A stretch of 64,000 bases of DNA, taken from Octopus vulgaris. Its lineage: Eukaryota. The translations under genes and the position numbers were made by a program. The stretch is taken from contig OX597828.1 of NCBI GenBank assembly GCA_951406725.2, forward strand, positions 64,294,001-64,358,000. The letters are read 5' to 3'. The notes beneath the pieces are model-generated. The model was not told where the DNA came from, ran no database searches, and saw only the letters and a program-made list of their open reading frames with translations. This document shows positions 27,561 to 40,925 of the stretch, one piece after another (the first letter of the stretch is position 1; every line of letters starts with the position of its first letter).

Positions 27561-28114
27561 TTGAATGGATATTAATCAAATGAATGTATGTGGCTAAGTG
27601 CTTAGGATGTCCTCTTTACGATGGCAATGAGTTCAATTTCTAGACTGGGTGGCTTATTGCACTCAGTCTAGAAAGCACTCAGATTCACGTTGCTCCCGTC
27701 TACTTATGTGAAATTAAGGATCAGTCGATCCTGAATGTGTCCCTCGCCTAAAGGATTGCAGAGGCGAATGTGTCGATGTCTCATCGTAAACACGTCACCC
27801 CACTCCTGCCCACTAAACCAATTCGTAAAAGCATGATACATGTGAGCCACTCATACTCTTTTCACGGCTCTTTTTTCTTTAATAAGACGATTGTATTTAC
27901 ACAATAGTGCAACTTTGGCACCAAAGGTCAATAAATTGGGTAATCCATAAAGCGTGATCGAGATTGAATTTGTCAAATAGCTTCATGTGGAAATGAGTTT
28001 TCAAATTTTTATAAACACACGACAGGAGTCTGTAACTATTTATCTTCTTTTGTATCTTCTTATTTACGTCAGTCTTTAATTGATGTCTCAGAGGCAGATT
28101 AATGTATATATAAG

Positions 28115-28707
28115 GCTTATCTTTATTTTTGCTTCAGTCATTAGACTGCGGCCATGCTAGGGCACCATCTTGAAGGGTTTAGTGGAAGAAATCGGCTCCA
28201 GGATATTTTTGTTTTTGTTTTAAAGCCTGGTACTTATTCTATCGGTCCCATATGCCGAACCACTAAGTTACGGGGACGTAAACAAACCAACACCGGTTGT
28301 CAATCGACAAGCATGAACAGAAAGACACAAAGATATAAACATATTTATACACATATGTATGTATATATATATCTAATCATAAGAGATATATATGTATATA
28401 TATATATATCACCGTGATCGACCAGGCTGTCAGATGTTGCTACACATCGCTGGTCACAATGCGTTTTGCATTGTTTTAGCCTTCAAATGACGCCACCCCG
28501 CTGGCTAAACGGGCAGGCCAACAGAAGAAAGAGTGAGAGAAAGTTGCGGCGAAAGAGTACAGCAGGGATCGCCACCACCCCCTGCCAGAGCCTCGTGGAG
28601 CTTTAGTTGTTTTCGCTCAATAAACACTCACAACGCCCGGTCTGAGAATCGAAACCGCGATCCTACAACCGTGAGTCCGCTACCCTAACCACTGGGCCAT
28701 TGCGCCT

Positions 28708-28789
<82 letters not shown>

Positions 28790-28840
28790 TCATATATACA
28801 AATATATATATATACATACATATATACATACACACACACA

Positions 28841-28874
<34 letters not shown>

Positions 28875-29050
28875 TACATACATATATATATATATTTACG
28901 ACGCGCTTCTTTCAGTTTCCGTCCACCAACTCCACTCACAAGGCTTTGGTCCGCCCAAGGCTATAAGATAATTGCTCAAGGTCCCATGCATTAGCTCTAA
29001 TCCCGAAACCATCTGGTTGGGTGTCAAACTTCTTACCTCACAGCTATGTT
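28115..29050 (-). mobile_element. SINE family A split by a family C SINE
   Basis: 3' half at ~28115-28330 and 5' half at ~28900-29050, with the insertion in the internal microsatellite. Confidence 0.7.
28410..28710 (-). mobile_element. tRNA-derived SINE family C
   Basis: Minus-strand head tggaggcgcaaTGGCCCAGTGGttaggg...GGTTTCGATTCtc (A and B boxes) followed by a distinct body. Confidence 0.8.
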
Positions 29051-29587
29051 GTGTGTGTACCTTCCAAACAGATGGTATTGTAGGCAATTTGCTTTTCTCT
29101 TTGTGTGTGTTTAGCAATGTTTTGTTTAGTTTACATTACGTATATCCACAAATACACACACACACACACACGTATGCGCACACACACACATGCGCACACG
29201 CGCACGCACAGACATACAATTATATATACACACGTTTATACACATATAAGTAGTGGAGGCTACAATAACGATACGCAGCCCTTCACAGCTATCTTTTAAC
29301 GCCGTCCGCATGAACGTGCCACACTTCTAGGTCGTGTTCCCACCTCCCACTAGACTATATATTAATAATAAAACCGACAGCAACAACAATAATCATAAAC
29401 ATGATGATAATGACGATGATGATGATGATGATGATGATGATCACGAATATTGGTAACTTAAGATACACTGCAAGACATTTCATTATAATATGAAGTGAAG
29501 CGATAAATTAGCCGAAACGCTTTCTGCTTTAGAATAGTTTAAAATTCGGTGACAGACAAATATGTTTATTCTTTTACTTTCTATCAT

Positions 29588-29980
29588 TGGCGCAGGAGTG
29601 GCTGTGTGGTAAGAAGCTTGCTTACCTACCACATGGTTCCGGGTTCAGTCCCACTGCGTGGCACCTCGGGCAAGTGCTTTTCCGTTATAGCCTCGGGCCG
29701 ACTAAAACCTTGTGAGTGGATTTGGTTGACGGAGGCTGAAAGAAACCCGTCGTGTATATATATATATATATATATATGTAAGTATGTATGTATGTGTTTG
29801 TCTCCCTTGACAACCGATGTTGGTGCGTTTACGTCCACGTAACTTAGCGGTTCGGCAAAAGAGACCGACAGGATAAGTATTAGGCTTAGAAAAAATAAAT
29901 CCAGGGGTCAATTTGTTCGACTAAAGACGGTGTTCCAGCATGGCCGCAATCAAATGACTGAAACAAGTAAATGAATAAAG
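29588..29980 (+). mobile_element. SINE family A, full length
   Basis: ggcgcaggagTGGCTGTGTGGtaag...GGTTCAGTCCcactgcgtggcacctcgggcaagtg (A box, B box, CORE-like domain)...tgactgaaacaagtaa. Confidence 0.9.
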
Positions 29981-30209
29981 AATCTATGTGTTCTGAACAA
30001 TCTGTCTATCGATGGCCTCCTGATTGTGCGTTCGATTCCCGAACCGGGTGACGTGTTGCGTTCTTGAGCAAGACATTTAATCTCATGCTGGTCTTGTGCT
30101 GTGTGAGGGACCGTCATGTCAAATAACAGACCCAACATTTCTTCTGCGCGTTGTAAAAGTTATAAAAATAGGTTGAAGTAGGATTTACCCTTCGACCTTT
30201 TAAAACCCA

Positions 30210-30606
30210 TTTCTTTACTACGCACATGGGGCTATACATAGAGGGGGAAAACAAGGACAGACAAACGGATAAAGTCGATTACATCGACCCCAGTGCGTAA
30301 CTGGTACTTATTTAATCGACCCCGAAAGGATGAAAGGCAAAGTCGACCTCGGCGGAATTTGAACTCAGAACGTAGCGGCAGACGAAATACCTATTTCTTA
30401 ACTATCCACAAGGGGCTAAAGACAGGGAGGACAATCAAGGACAGACACACGGATTAAGTCTTTTATATCGACCCCAATGCGTAACTGGTACTTATTTAAT
30501 CGACCCCGAAAGGATGAAAGGTAAAGTCGACGTCGGCGGAATTTGAACTCAAATTACCGCTGAGCATTTCGCCCGGCGTGCTAACGTTTCTGCCAGCTCG
30601 CCGCCT
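30210..30606 (-). mobile_element. SINE family B, dimeric
   Basis: Two body units joined at gacgaaatacc|tatttctt (~30391), the same junction as at 27328. Confidence 0.85.
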
Positions 30607-30719
30607 TCTTAAAACTCTCACCACCGACGTCTACCTAAACAAATCAGTGGTAATGACCAACTCCTTCTTCAAAAATCCTAGCTTTATGCCAAAATTTGAA
30701 ACCATAATTTATAAAATCA

Positions 30720-31280
30720 AGGTTGGCACATTGACAGAATCGTTTGAGCCCCGGAAAACATGCCTTGCAGAATTTCTTCTTCTATGTTTAAATACCATCA
30801 ACTATGTCTTTTATTATTTCAAGATCGATAAGATAAAGTATCAATCAAGTTCTAGGCTCAGAGGCATCGATTAACCCCTAAAGGTTAGCGGCCTTGTTCC
30901 TAAATTACAAACAATTATTAATCCTTTCTGGGGTGGGGTGGTGGAGTCGATTATATCGACCCCAGTGCTCAACCAGTATCCCCTCCCCCACTATTGTTTT
31001 CCACGCCAAATATAAGAAAGACAGCGTCAATCTCGACGGAGTTTGAACTCAGAACTTAAAGAGCCAACAGGAACGCTGCTAAGCACATTTTGAGATGCTT
31101 TAACGATTCCACTCGCAATAAGAAGAACAGGAATAAAAGGCACCCACACAGTTTTCGTTTGGTCGGCCAAGGCTTTGGTCGGCCCAGGGTTATCGCAGAA
31201 GACACTTGGCCAAGGTGTCACGCAGGACCGAACCCGGAACCACGTGTTTGGGAAGCAAACTTCTTACCACACAGTCACGT
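30720..31280. mobile_element. Cluster of diverged SINE B (plus, then minus) and SINE A 5' fragments
   Basis: gataagataaagtatcaa; gtcgattatatcgaccccagtg; tttgaactcagaac; aaggctttggtcggccc...cttaccacacag. Confidence 0.65.
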
Positions 31281-31285
31281 CTACG

Positions 31286-31350
<65 letters not shown>

Positions 31351-31860
31351 GCGTGTGCGTGTGTGTGTATGTGTGTGTGTGTGTGTGTGTATGTGTGTGT
31401 GTGTGTGTATGTGTGTGTGTGTGCGTGTGTGTGTGTGTGTGTGTGTGCGTGCGTGTGTGTGTATGTGTGTGTGTGTGTGTTTGTGTGTGCGCGCGCGTGT
31501 GTGTGTGTGTGTGTGTGTGTGCGTGTGTGCGTGTGTGTGTGTGTTTGTACATTCTTAGATGCAAATACATTTGAACAGCAGAAAACCACTGTTAAAGAGA
31601 GACAAACCACACAAAAAAAAAGAAGAAAAAAATGAATGCATAAATTAAAAAAGTAAGAAGGAGCAAAGCAAGCGTTGTTGAGTGACCAGGGCGGTTGTGA
31701 TGTCAGTCGGACGACATCGCTGATTGTTGCTGTTGTTCTTATTACCGCAGATCCTGATGTTGTATTATAATAGACCTGACATTGTCAATAGATTCCCTAT
31801 TTCCTCCTCCATCTTGCCCGCCGTCGCCGCCGACGCCACCTCTTAACCCCACCTCTCCAA

Positions 31861-31895
<35 letters not shown>

Positions 31896-32027
31896 TTCCT
31901 TCATGTTTGTTATTATTTATTCTCCGTCCCACCTCCTTTCTTTTTTCATTATATTTATTTAGATGCGCCGAAAATTGAAATTAATATATGTATATACATT
32001 CATACATACAATTGTATATTTGTGTTC

Positions 32028-32075
<48 letters not shown>

Positions 32076-32208
32076 GTACGTGCATACATGTATATGTTAC
32101 AGGTCTGGAGAGTGATTGAAGCCGTCTTCTTTGCACCCATCGAAAAACCGAAAACGGGTGCTATTGTTTAGTGGGATGTGATGAAGCATTCACACTCTCC
32201 CTATCACT

Positions 32209-32268
<60 letters not shown>

Positions 32269-33122
32269 ATGCATGTGTGTGTGTGAGTGAGAGAGAGATA
32301 GAGAGACAGAGAGACAGAATTAGAGGAAGAATGTGAATATGTGTATTTGTCGGTAGGTGTGTGCGTTCGTTCGTGCGTGCGCGTATATATTAAGAGATAT
32401 TTATGCAATGTCTCGAGTCCAGTACAGTTCTCTACGCATGGATGGTCACGGACAGTGCGTCTCTCTTTAGCTCTCATTACGCCACCTTGTCAACGTCGAG
32501 CCAGGTTTTTGGAGGGCTGGAAAGAAAGAAAAGAAAGAAAAGAAAAAAAAGAAAGAAAGAAACGCTCTTCTGTGGTTTGTGATGGTGGTTCTTCTTTTAA
32601 GAACGGCAAAAAAAAGACAACAAAGAAAAAAAGGACAAAAAGCACAAATAATTGAGTGGGGGGGGGGGAGTTTAAAGTAGAGCAGGTGTGGGATGGCGGT
32701 GATGGTGGGGATTGAAGAGTCTAAATACAAAAATTGGTGAAACGACATACACGATATACACATACACACACACAGACACACATACACACACAAGCACACA
32801 CACATATATATATAAGCATGTACGTTCGTTTGCACGAAAGTATGTATAACGTATATATATATATGCGTGTGTGTGTATATATATATATATTCCTCTCTCT
32901 GTACACACACACATACACACAGGTGTATGTTCGCACAAGCACATACTGACGCAAACACACACACATCTCACAGATATACACACACAACAGGTACTCGTGC
33001 CCTTAACAATACTGTAAAAGTCGAACTATCGCCTCTTCATATGTTAAAAATACAGCAAATGCACCAACTCATAAACTACCACCAGAACGACCACTAACCT
33101 CGTCACAGCTACCACCACCACC

Positions 33123-33154
<32 letters not shown>

Positions 33155-33671
33155 CAACAACAACAGTACTTATAATAACCACACTACAACATCAATCACA
33201 AACACACCATTCTTCAAATTTACCTTCCCCAGCAATCCACCACAGCCGAAACCACCATCACCACCACCACCACCACCACAAACATTTTCCTTACAACTAC
33301 CACCAATACTGTCTTATCAACACCAACAGCTTTAATGAAAACCCGCAACCACAACACTACCGCTACAACAACAACATCCAGAGACACTAGAAACGCCATC
33401 TGCATAATTACCATGACAAGGAATACCACAACAATAGCCGTCATCGACCACAGACACCACAACCTCAACTGCAACAACAACCACCAGCTCATGCTCTGTC
33501 AGTCAGACTCTATAATAATCAATACGCCAAATAAATTAGGAGTTAATGTGGATTTAGTAATCAGTGAGTGAGAGAATTAAAGAAGACACCATACAGCATA
33601 TGAATTAATTTTATAAAACGAAGTGTTGCTAACCTCCTAGCATAGATGCGCAATCGCTCAGCACATATCGA

Positions 33672-33714
<43 letters not shown>

Positions 33715-33802
33715 TATAGAGATTGATAGAGAGAGAAGTGGGATAGACAGACAGATAGATATGTATATGTATCTATACACACAAATATACGCACATGCAT
33801 AC

Positions 33803-33856
<54 letters not shown>

Positions 33857-33878
33857 ATATATACATATCTCTCTCTCT

Positions 33879-33917
<39 letters not shown>

Positions 33918-33931
33918 AGAGAGGGAGAGAG

Positions 33932-33971
<40 letters not shown>

Positions 33972-34197
33972 CTAAGTAATTAAGGGTTTAGCAACGATTT
34001 GCCTCACCACACACTGAATTTAGAAATAGCAGTCAAAGAATTTTGGCTATTCTTTCTACTTAAAATTTGAATTTGGTGGTACTGGTAATGGCTTACGCTC
34101 GCTCTGATACCATGAGTTGAGGTGATGTCTTCTAGTGCCTTCAAATTTAATACACAATTATTAATAATTGAGACGCAATTATTTATAATTGAAGAGT

Positions 34198-34288
34198 CCT
34201 ACGCTGAAGAGGAAAATAGTTGGGTAAGACATAATTATTTAATTTTTATGCTCTCATATGACTTAATTCCGAAACGTACGTCCGTAGG
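34198..34288 (+). ncRNA. Type I hammerhead ribozyme with canonical core
   Basis: cctacg-CTGAAGA-ggaa[52 nt]ttcc-GAAAC-gtac-GTC-cgtagg; 6-bp stem I, 4-bp stem II, palindromic stem III ACGTACGT; predicted cleavage after 34282. Confidence 0.8.
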
Positions 34289-34377
34289 TGACTTAATATA
34301 GAATGATTGTCGTCATTTCTTTCACTTTTGCCTGCGTTGTTTGCCTTTTAAGTGCTGTGGTTTTACTGGGATCTCCC

Positions 34378-34408
<31 letters not shown>

Positions 34409-34410
34409 TA

Positions 34411-36045
34411 CAGGGTCTTCCAATAAAATGTATACACACTATAGATAATTGTAAATGCGCCCTTTTAAAGCCTAGCCAGGCTCATGGGCCCGGTTTCCCG
34501 GTTTCAATGGCGTGTGTGTTACCCAGATGGACGGGACGCCAGTCGATCGCAGCGTTACTCATTTTTGCTAGCTGAAAGGACTGGAGCACCGTGAAAGGAA
34601 GTGGTTTGCTCAAGAACACAACGCGTCGCTCGGTCTAGGAATCGAAACCACAATCTTACGATCATGATGCTGACACCCTAACCACTAAGTCATGCGCCTC
34701 CACAGATAATTGTAAAGTAGGTATTTATTAAAATATACATTTGTTTTCAAAATTTAATGGAATCTACAGACATTATTTTATCGTTTTGTCAACAACTGCT
34801 TTCAAACTGACGCCCGTTCTGGTCCAAACACTGCTGACAACGTGAAGCAATGGAATCGCAAACATCACGAAACAATTCGTTTGGTATTTATATGCATTCT
34901 CGTTCAATGGTTGCTCTCAAATCAGCGACTGTTTCATAGCGTAGGATTTGTCTTTTAGGTATCCCCATAAAAAGTCTAGTGGTGTGAGTTCTGGTGAACG
35001 TGGAGGATATTCATCGAAACCCCTTCGTTCAAGCCACCTGTTTAGCAAGATCTCATCAAGGAAGGATTTAACATCGTGATGGTAGTGTGGAGGTGCCCCA
35101 TCTTGCTGAAGACAAAATTCCTCATCTTCAAAGTCTTCTCTAATACTTGGCATGACAGACTGTTGCAGCAAGTTCAACTAAATGGGACCAGTCGAGGTAG
35201 CATAAAAAAGAAGGTCCAATTAATCCTCTTGATGATAAGCCATACCATACTGTAACTCCTGGTGAATTAACATGGTGTTCTACCATAACATGCGGATTCT
35301 CATGTCCTCAATAGGTGCAATTTTGGCGGTTAACTGAACCATTTAATTTGAATGTGGTCTCATCACTCCACACAATCTAAATTGCTACTGGAAGTATGAA
35401 AACGCAGTTGAACTGCAAAGACAGTTTATGGGGGAGATTCAAACAGATCCACCAATGTGACTTGCCATCACCCAAATTAGAGATAAGTTTGAACCCAGTG
35501 GAACTGTTCAGAATGTTCACAAGAAGCGTTTCGGAAGACCACAGCGAACATCGACAATGCTGCACTCTTCGGTCTGGATCATCATGGACTAATCTTGGAA
35601 CGTAACTTTTCCATTGACAATGCTTCAAAATGCGTTGGACAGACGATTTTGACATACCTACCTCACGACTCGCTTGCCGCATAGATTTTCTTGGACATTG
35701 GTGATACGTTTCCAGCGCTCCTTCTTGGTTTGTGGGGGTTGTCGATGTTCGCTGGGGTCTTCCGAAACGCTTCTTGTGAACATTCTGAACAGTTCCACTG
35801 GGTTCAAACTTATCTCTAATTTGGGTGGTGGCAAGTCACATTGGTGGATCTGTTTGAATCTTCCCCATAAACTGTCTTTGCACTTCAACTGTGTTTTCAT
35901 ACATCCAGTAGCAATTTAGAATGAATTTCTTTAGTTCAAAGCTTAGTCTATCTGCCATCATTAATTCCACTGGGTTTCATCCGGAAAGAAAAAAAAACAT
36001 CGTGTTATCAGCTGCTAAAGTGTGTATACATATTTTGTGGACACC

Positions 36046-36048
<3 letters not shown>
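34411..36048 (-). mobile_element. Tc1/mariner-superfamily element (maT/DD37D-like), full length but disrupted
   Basis: TIRs cagggtcttccaataaaatgtatacacact / agtgtgtatacatattttgtggacaccctg with TA flanks; QQDGAPPHY...PPRSPELTPLDFLWGYLKDK; N-terminal HTH remnants ([19 protein letters not shown]). Confidence 0.9.
34456..34703 (-). mobile_element. SINE family D with 13-bp TSD, nested in the mariner-like element
   Basis: TSD agataattgtaaa (34443-34455, 34704-34716); tRNA-like head; ctgcgatcgactggcgtcccgtcca resembles the V domain. Confidence 0.9.
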
Positions 36049-36088
<40 letters not shown>

Positions 36089-37049
36089 CACGTAACAAGC
36101 ATACTAGTTCCTTACGAAAATCTTTATGAGACGAAAGCAGTATTTATACATTTTTACTGAGAGGTAATATTTATCGCCACCGAAACACGGTTGTTCTTTA
36201 AGTATAGGACAGACGATATTGCTATTTTATCCTCCAGGAGGGCGCCTCCTCCAGCTGGTTATTCAGAGCTCTCTGCATTCGATATATACTGCAAGTAGGA
36301 ATAGACCTCACTACTATTCCAGCTTCGAGCCCACCAGGCGGCGCGGATAACCAGTGTACTGTTCCGTGATGACAAAGATCAACAAAACAATATTCCATCT
36401 GTCGAGGGATAAATATAAAACACAATATAAGGTTTTATGTGTTACAATTAGTTTCATGCGATGAAATCTTCTCAAACAACATATTTTAACACGTCTTAGG
36501 TATATTAATTATTGTCTCCTCTACATTATTTCAAATTACATCACCTCTCATTTTGGGTTCGTTTTTCCTCTCTATGAAAACATACACAACAAAAATATTC
36601 ACAACTGTAATAATAAAAACAACTATTTTGACATACGCTAGCAAAAAAAAAAAAAAATCCTTTCTGATATACCAAATGGCTCTATATCTGATTATGTATA
36701 AGTTTATCACGTGATTCCCTTTTTTTAGACCTTTTTACTCGTATAGCATTTATTTCTAAATCTTCTTAAGATTATATCAAGCTGTGGCTAGATAATTAAT
36801 TACTACAAATAACACCTATTTTTGTCTATGAATATTAGACCAATTGTTTACAATAAATACTTAAATTATGAATTTTATAAACCAGAAATTATTCCTTAAT
36901 ACTAGTACTAAACACCAATTTTCTAAAAATCTGAAGTAAGCAAATTGATGGTTGAGTAAAAACTAAATATATAACTGATTTGGCCAGTATAAAAATTCAT
37001 TTAAGGAGATCTAAATGGAGGCACATGTTGGATTTCATAGAGAGAATGT

Positions 37050-37455
37050 TAGGAGTGGCTGTGTGGTAAGTAGCTTTCTTACCAACCACATGGTTCCGGG
37101 TTCAGTCCCATTGCGTGGCATCTTGGGCAAGTGTCTTCTGCTATAGCCCCGGACCGACCAATGCCTTGTAAGTGGATTTGGTAGACGGAAACTGAAAGAA
37201 GCTTGTCGTATATATGTATATATATATATATGTGTATATGTGTTTGTGTGTCTGTGATTGTCCCCCTAGCATTGCTTGACGACCGATGCTGGTGTGTTTA
37301 CGTCACCGTCACTTAGCGGTTCGGCAAAGATAGAATAAGTACTGGGCTTACAAAGAATAAGTCCCGGGGTCGATTTGCCTGACTAAAGGCGGTGCTTCAG
37401 CATGGCCGCAGTCAAATGACTGAAACAAGTAAAAGAGTAAAAGAGAGTAAAGAGT
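37050..37455 (+). mobile_element. SINE family A, full length
   Basis: aggagtggctgtgtggtaag...gaaacaagtaaaagagtaaaagag. Confidence 0.9.
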
Positions 37456-38065
37456 ATATTAGCATCCATTTACTATATATTTTTTAGTCTAGATTCAAAT
37501 AAACGTGACTGGAAGAACGAATATACAAATCCTAAAATGATAACCAAGAAAATTCTATGTTCTTTAAATGTCTGTTTTAGTTTTTCTATTAGCTTCTGAC
37601 GAATACAAATATGAAACTATTACGATTTTCTATCTATGAATACCTGAGTCCATTTGGATGAAACAACTGTATATGAATATGAAAAATAAAAGCTATAATC
37701 CATTTTAACATCTAATCATCTCTGTTATATAGAACTGAATGAATTTGTCGAACATTGTTCCATAAGTTAAGTCATATACTGATTACTTATATATATTAAT
37801 AAATTGCTTGTGGGGTTACCGTATTTTATAATGCAATCACCATATACAGTCCCAAGTAAATTGAAGGCATATACTATTAATACTGTGTCCTACCTGTGTT
37901 AGCAGTGGAGATTCAATCACTTTTTAAAACTGTCTCTACAGGCCATTTATAGAAATTAGAATAGCGCTGCTCACACACAAGTCGGACACAGATAAGACTT
38001 ATTTATAGGCCTTTAATATGCTTGGTAACGAAATATGGTTCCCTTACAAACAGTTTATATATATA

Positions 38066-38115
<50 letters not shown>

Positions 38116-38139
38116 TGCCCCAGCATGGCCATAGTCTAA

Positions 38140-38535
38140 TGACTATGTGGTAAGAAGCTTGCTTCCCAACCACATGGTCACGGGTTCAGTCCCACTGCGT
38201 GGCACCTTGGGCAAGTGTATTCTACTTTAGCCTCGGGTCGACCAAACAAACGCTTGTAAATGGATTTGGAAGACGGAAACTGAAAGAAGCCCGTCGTGTA
38301 TATATATTTGTATATATATATGTGTGTCTTTGTATCTGTGTTTTCCCCCACCATCGCTTGACAACCGATGTGGGTGTGTTTAAGTTCCCGAAACTTAGCG
38401 GTTCGGCAAAAGATAGCGATAGAATAAGTACTAGGCTTACAATGAACAAGTCCTTAGGTCGATTTCTTCGACTAAAGGTGGGGCTCCAACATGGCTACAG
38501 TCAAATTAGTGAAACGTGTAAAAGAGTGAAAGAGT
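38140..38535 (+). mobile_element. SINE family A
   Basis: tgtggtaagaagcttgcttcccaaccacatgg...ggcaccttgggcaagtg...gaaacgtgtaaaagag. Confidence 0.85.
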
Positions 38536-38547
38536 ATATATATATAT

Positions 38548-38658
<111 letters not shown>

Positions 38659-38661
38659 AGT

Positions 38662-38703
<42 letters not shown>

Positions 38704-38863
38704 GCACATACACGCGCGCGCGCGGGCGCACACGCGCACACACACACACGCGCACACACACACGCACAAAGAAAATGATATATATATAGAGAGGCGGTGG
38801 AAAGAGATAAATTGGTATGTATATAATCTTTACCCATCTTTCTCTATGTTTAGAAATAGAATG

Positions 38864-38894
<31 letters not shown>

Positions 38895-39444
38895 AAAAAA
38901 GGAAGGGGAAGATTCTGTTGTGATTGAGAAATGCATCTCTAATGGTGGCTTTAATTTTAAGGACAAACAACAAAACTAGCACCCTCCTCCTCCTCCTCCC
39001 CCACCACCACCACCACTGACACTAACCGTAACAGCGGCAATGACATGCTTTGAACGTCACATGAAACCCGAATCGTTTCTATGTGAAGCAACGCCACCTT
39101 TTCCTCCAGATTCTCACTAATGAATAACAGTTGCCGCTCTGCCTCGATGTCAACAGTTTCAGTTAATAAAGCCACAGACAACATCAACAACGACGACGAC
39201 AAAAATCAATTATTTGTGATTTAGTCTCAAAGCCAACAAATTTCTATTGTATCAAGCCGGGGCTTGATATATAGTACAATATTAGTAGTACTCAATAGGG
39301 GTGCTGTTGGTAGTGATGAAACGCAAAAGTTGACCTCGGCGGGATTTGAACTTAGAATGTAAAGAGATGGTAAAAACAGCGCGTGGCATTTTTGTTCGTT
39401 GCTCTTTTATTTATCACAAGGGGCGTCGGCTGAAGGGGATATTG

Positions 39445-39701
39445 AAAAAAGTAATGGGAAAGGTTACCTTCTCCAGTCAAGCCGACTCATGAGGGGCGGG
39501 TTTCCAGTTTTCCATGGCATATAAATTCCTCTTTGCATGGAACGCTGGTCCTTTGCCATATTCATTATTTTTGCCAGCCGAGTGGACTGGAGTAACGTGA
39601 AATGAAGTGACTTGCTCAAGAACACAATGCGTTGCCCGGCCCAAGAATCGAAACTACAATCTTACGGTCACCACCCTAACCACTGAGCCACGCGCCTCCA
39701 C
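39445..39701 (-). mobile_element. SINE family D with TSD
   Basis: Flanked by aagggg(g)atattg on both sides; homologous to 34456-34703. Confidence 0.85.
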
Positions 39702-39783
39702 AAGGGGGATATTGTAACAATTTGCAATTTATGTTGGGGCTACACTAAATAAAAACAGAGAAATGAGATAAAAATTGCACAAC

Positions 39784-39892
<109 letters not shown>

Positions 39893-39899
39893 TATTCAT

Positions 39900-40035
39900 C
39901 GGGCCTTTTTCGGCCTCCGTTTTGGATGCTCCGAGGTTTTAGTAGAAGACACCTGCCCAAGGTGCCGCGGAGTGGGACTGAACCCGGTAGCCTGTGACTA
40001 GGAAACAAGCTTCTTACTGCACAACCCACTTGCAT
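39900..40035 (-). mobile_element. SINE family A 5' fragment
   Basis: agaagacacctgcccaaggtgccgcggagtgggactgaacccgg. Confidence 0.75.
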
Positions 40036-40476
40036 CCCACATTTTACAGGTCGACAAACGTTTCACCAAGAATCGTTCAGCGTTCACCGGGTCAAAGAAT
40101 GATGATAACAAGAATAGATAAATAAGCCAAAAAGACACACATCAGCCACCAAACGATACCATTAGTAAATGCCTCACTCGACAGGTTTAATACACCTCGA
40201 AACAAATGTGGCAGGTTTTGTTGTTTTATTTTTCTGCTTCACACTGTGTAAGAGGAAGAGGAAATGTGCAAAATATGAAGACCTAAACGATAGAAGAGGA
40301 AGTGCAAAATTCACGTGGCGGCTCATTGGCAGAGTCGTTCGCCCGCCGGATAGGGTGCCCTGCGCTATTTCTTCCGGCTCTCAGCATTATTTGTTTAAAT
40401 TCTGTCGAGGTCAATGAAGTTAATCATTCATTATTTGAGGACTTTTAGTAAAGTACCAAACAAATGGTGAGCTGAA

Positions 40477-40543
<67 letters not shown>

Positions 40544-40729
40544 CACTTACAGTCAGACGCACTTCTGATGCTTCTCTAGAAGAAAAACCAGGTGTGATCA
40601 CACCTGGACAGAGATCAGTTCTATCAGGTTCACAATTTTCTAAGACATGTGCCTATGTCTTGACGACACCTCTACAAATCCATCGCGATTCAAGGGGTCC
40701 AAAGAATTTCTCTTTCTGATTGTGACACA

Positions 40730-40925
40730 AAGTTAGCAGCTTTGATGGCAAGGGTTAAGTCGATTCCATTGACTCCAGTACTTGACTGGTAATGTTTCAT
40801 CGATCTCGAAAGGATGAAAGGCAAAGCTGAGCTGTGCGGGATTTGAACTAAAAATGTTAAGAGTCATAAGAAATGGCGCTAAACGTATTGTCCAACACGC
40901 TGACCATTCAGCCAGCGTGTCGCCT
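40730..40925 (-). mobile_element. SINE family B, diverged
   Basis: tcgatctcgaaaggatgaaaggcaaag...atttgaact...gccagcgtgtcgcc. Confidence 0.75.

Noticed and set aside
29588-29660. tRNA-like sequences with A and B boxes (also 28640-28710 and 34630-34703)
   Set aside because: They continue into SINE bodies and do not form complete cloverleaves, so they are SINE heads rather than tRNA genes.
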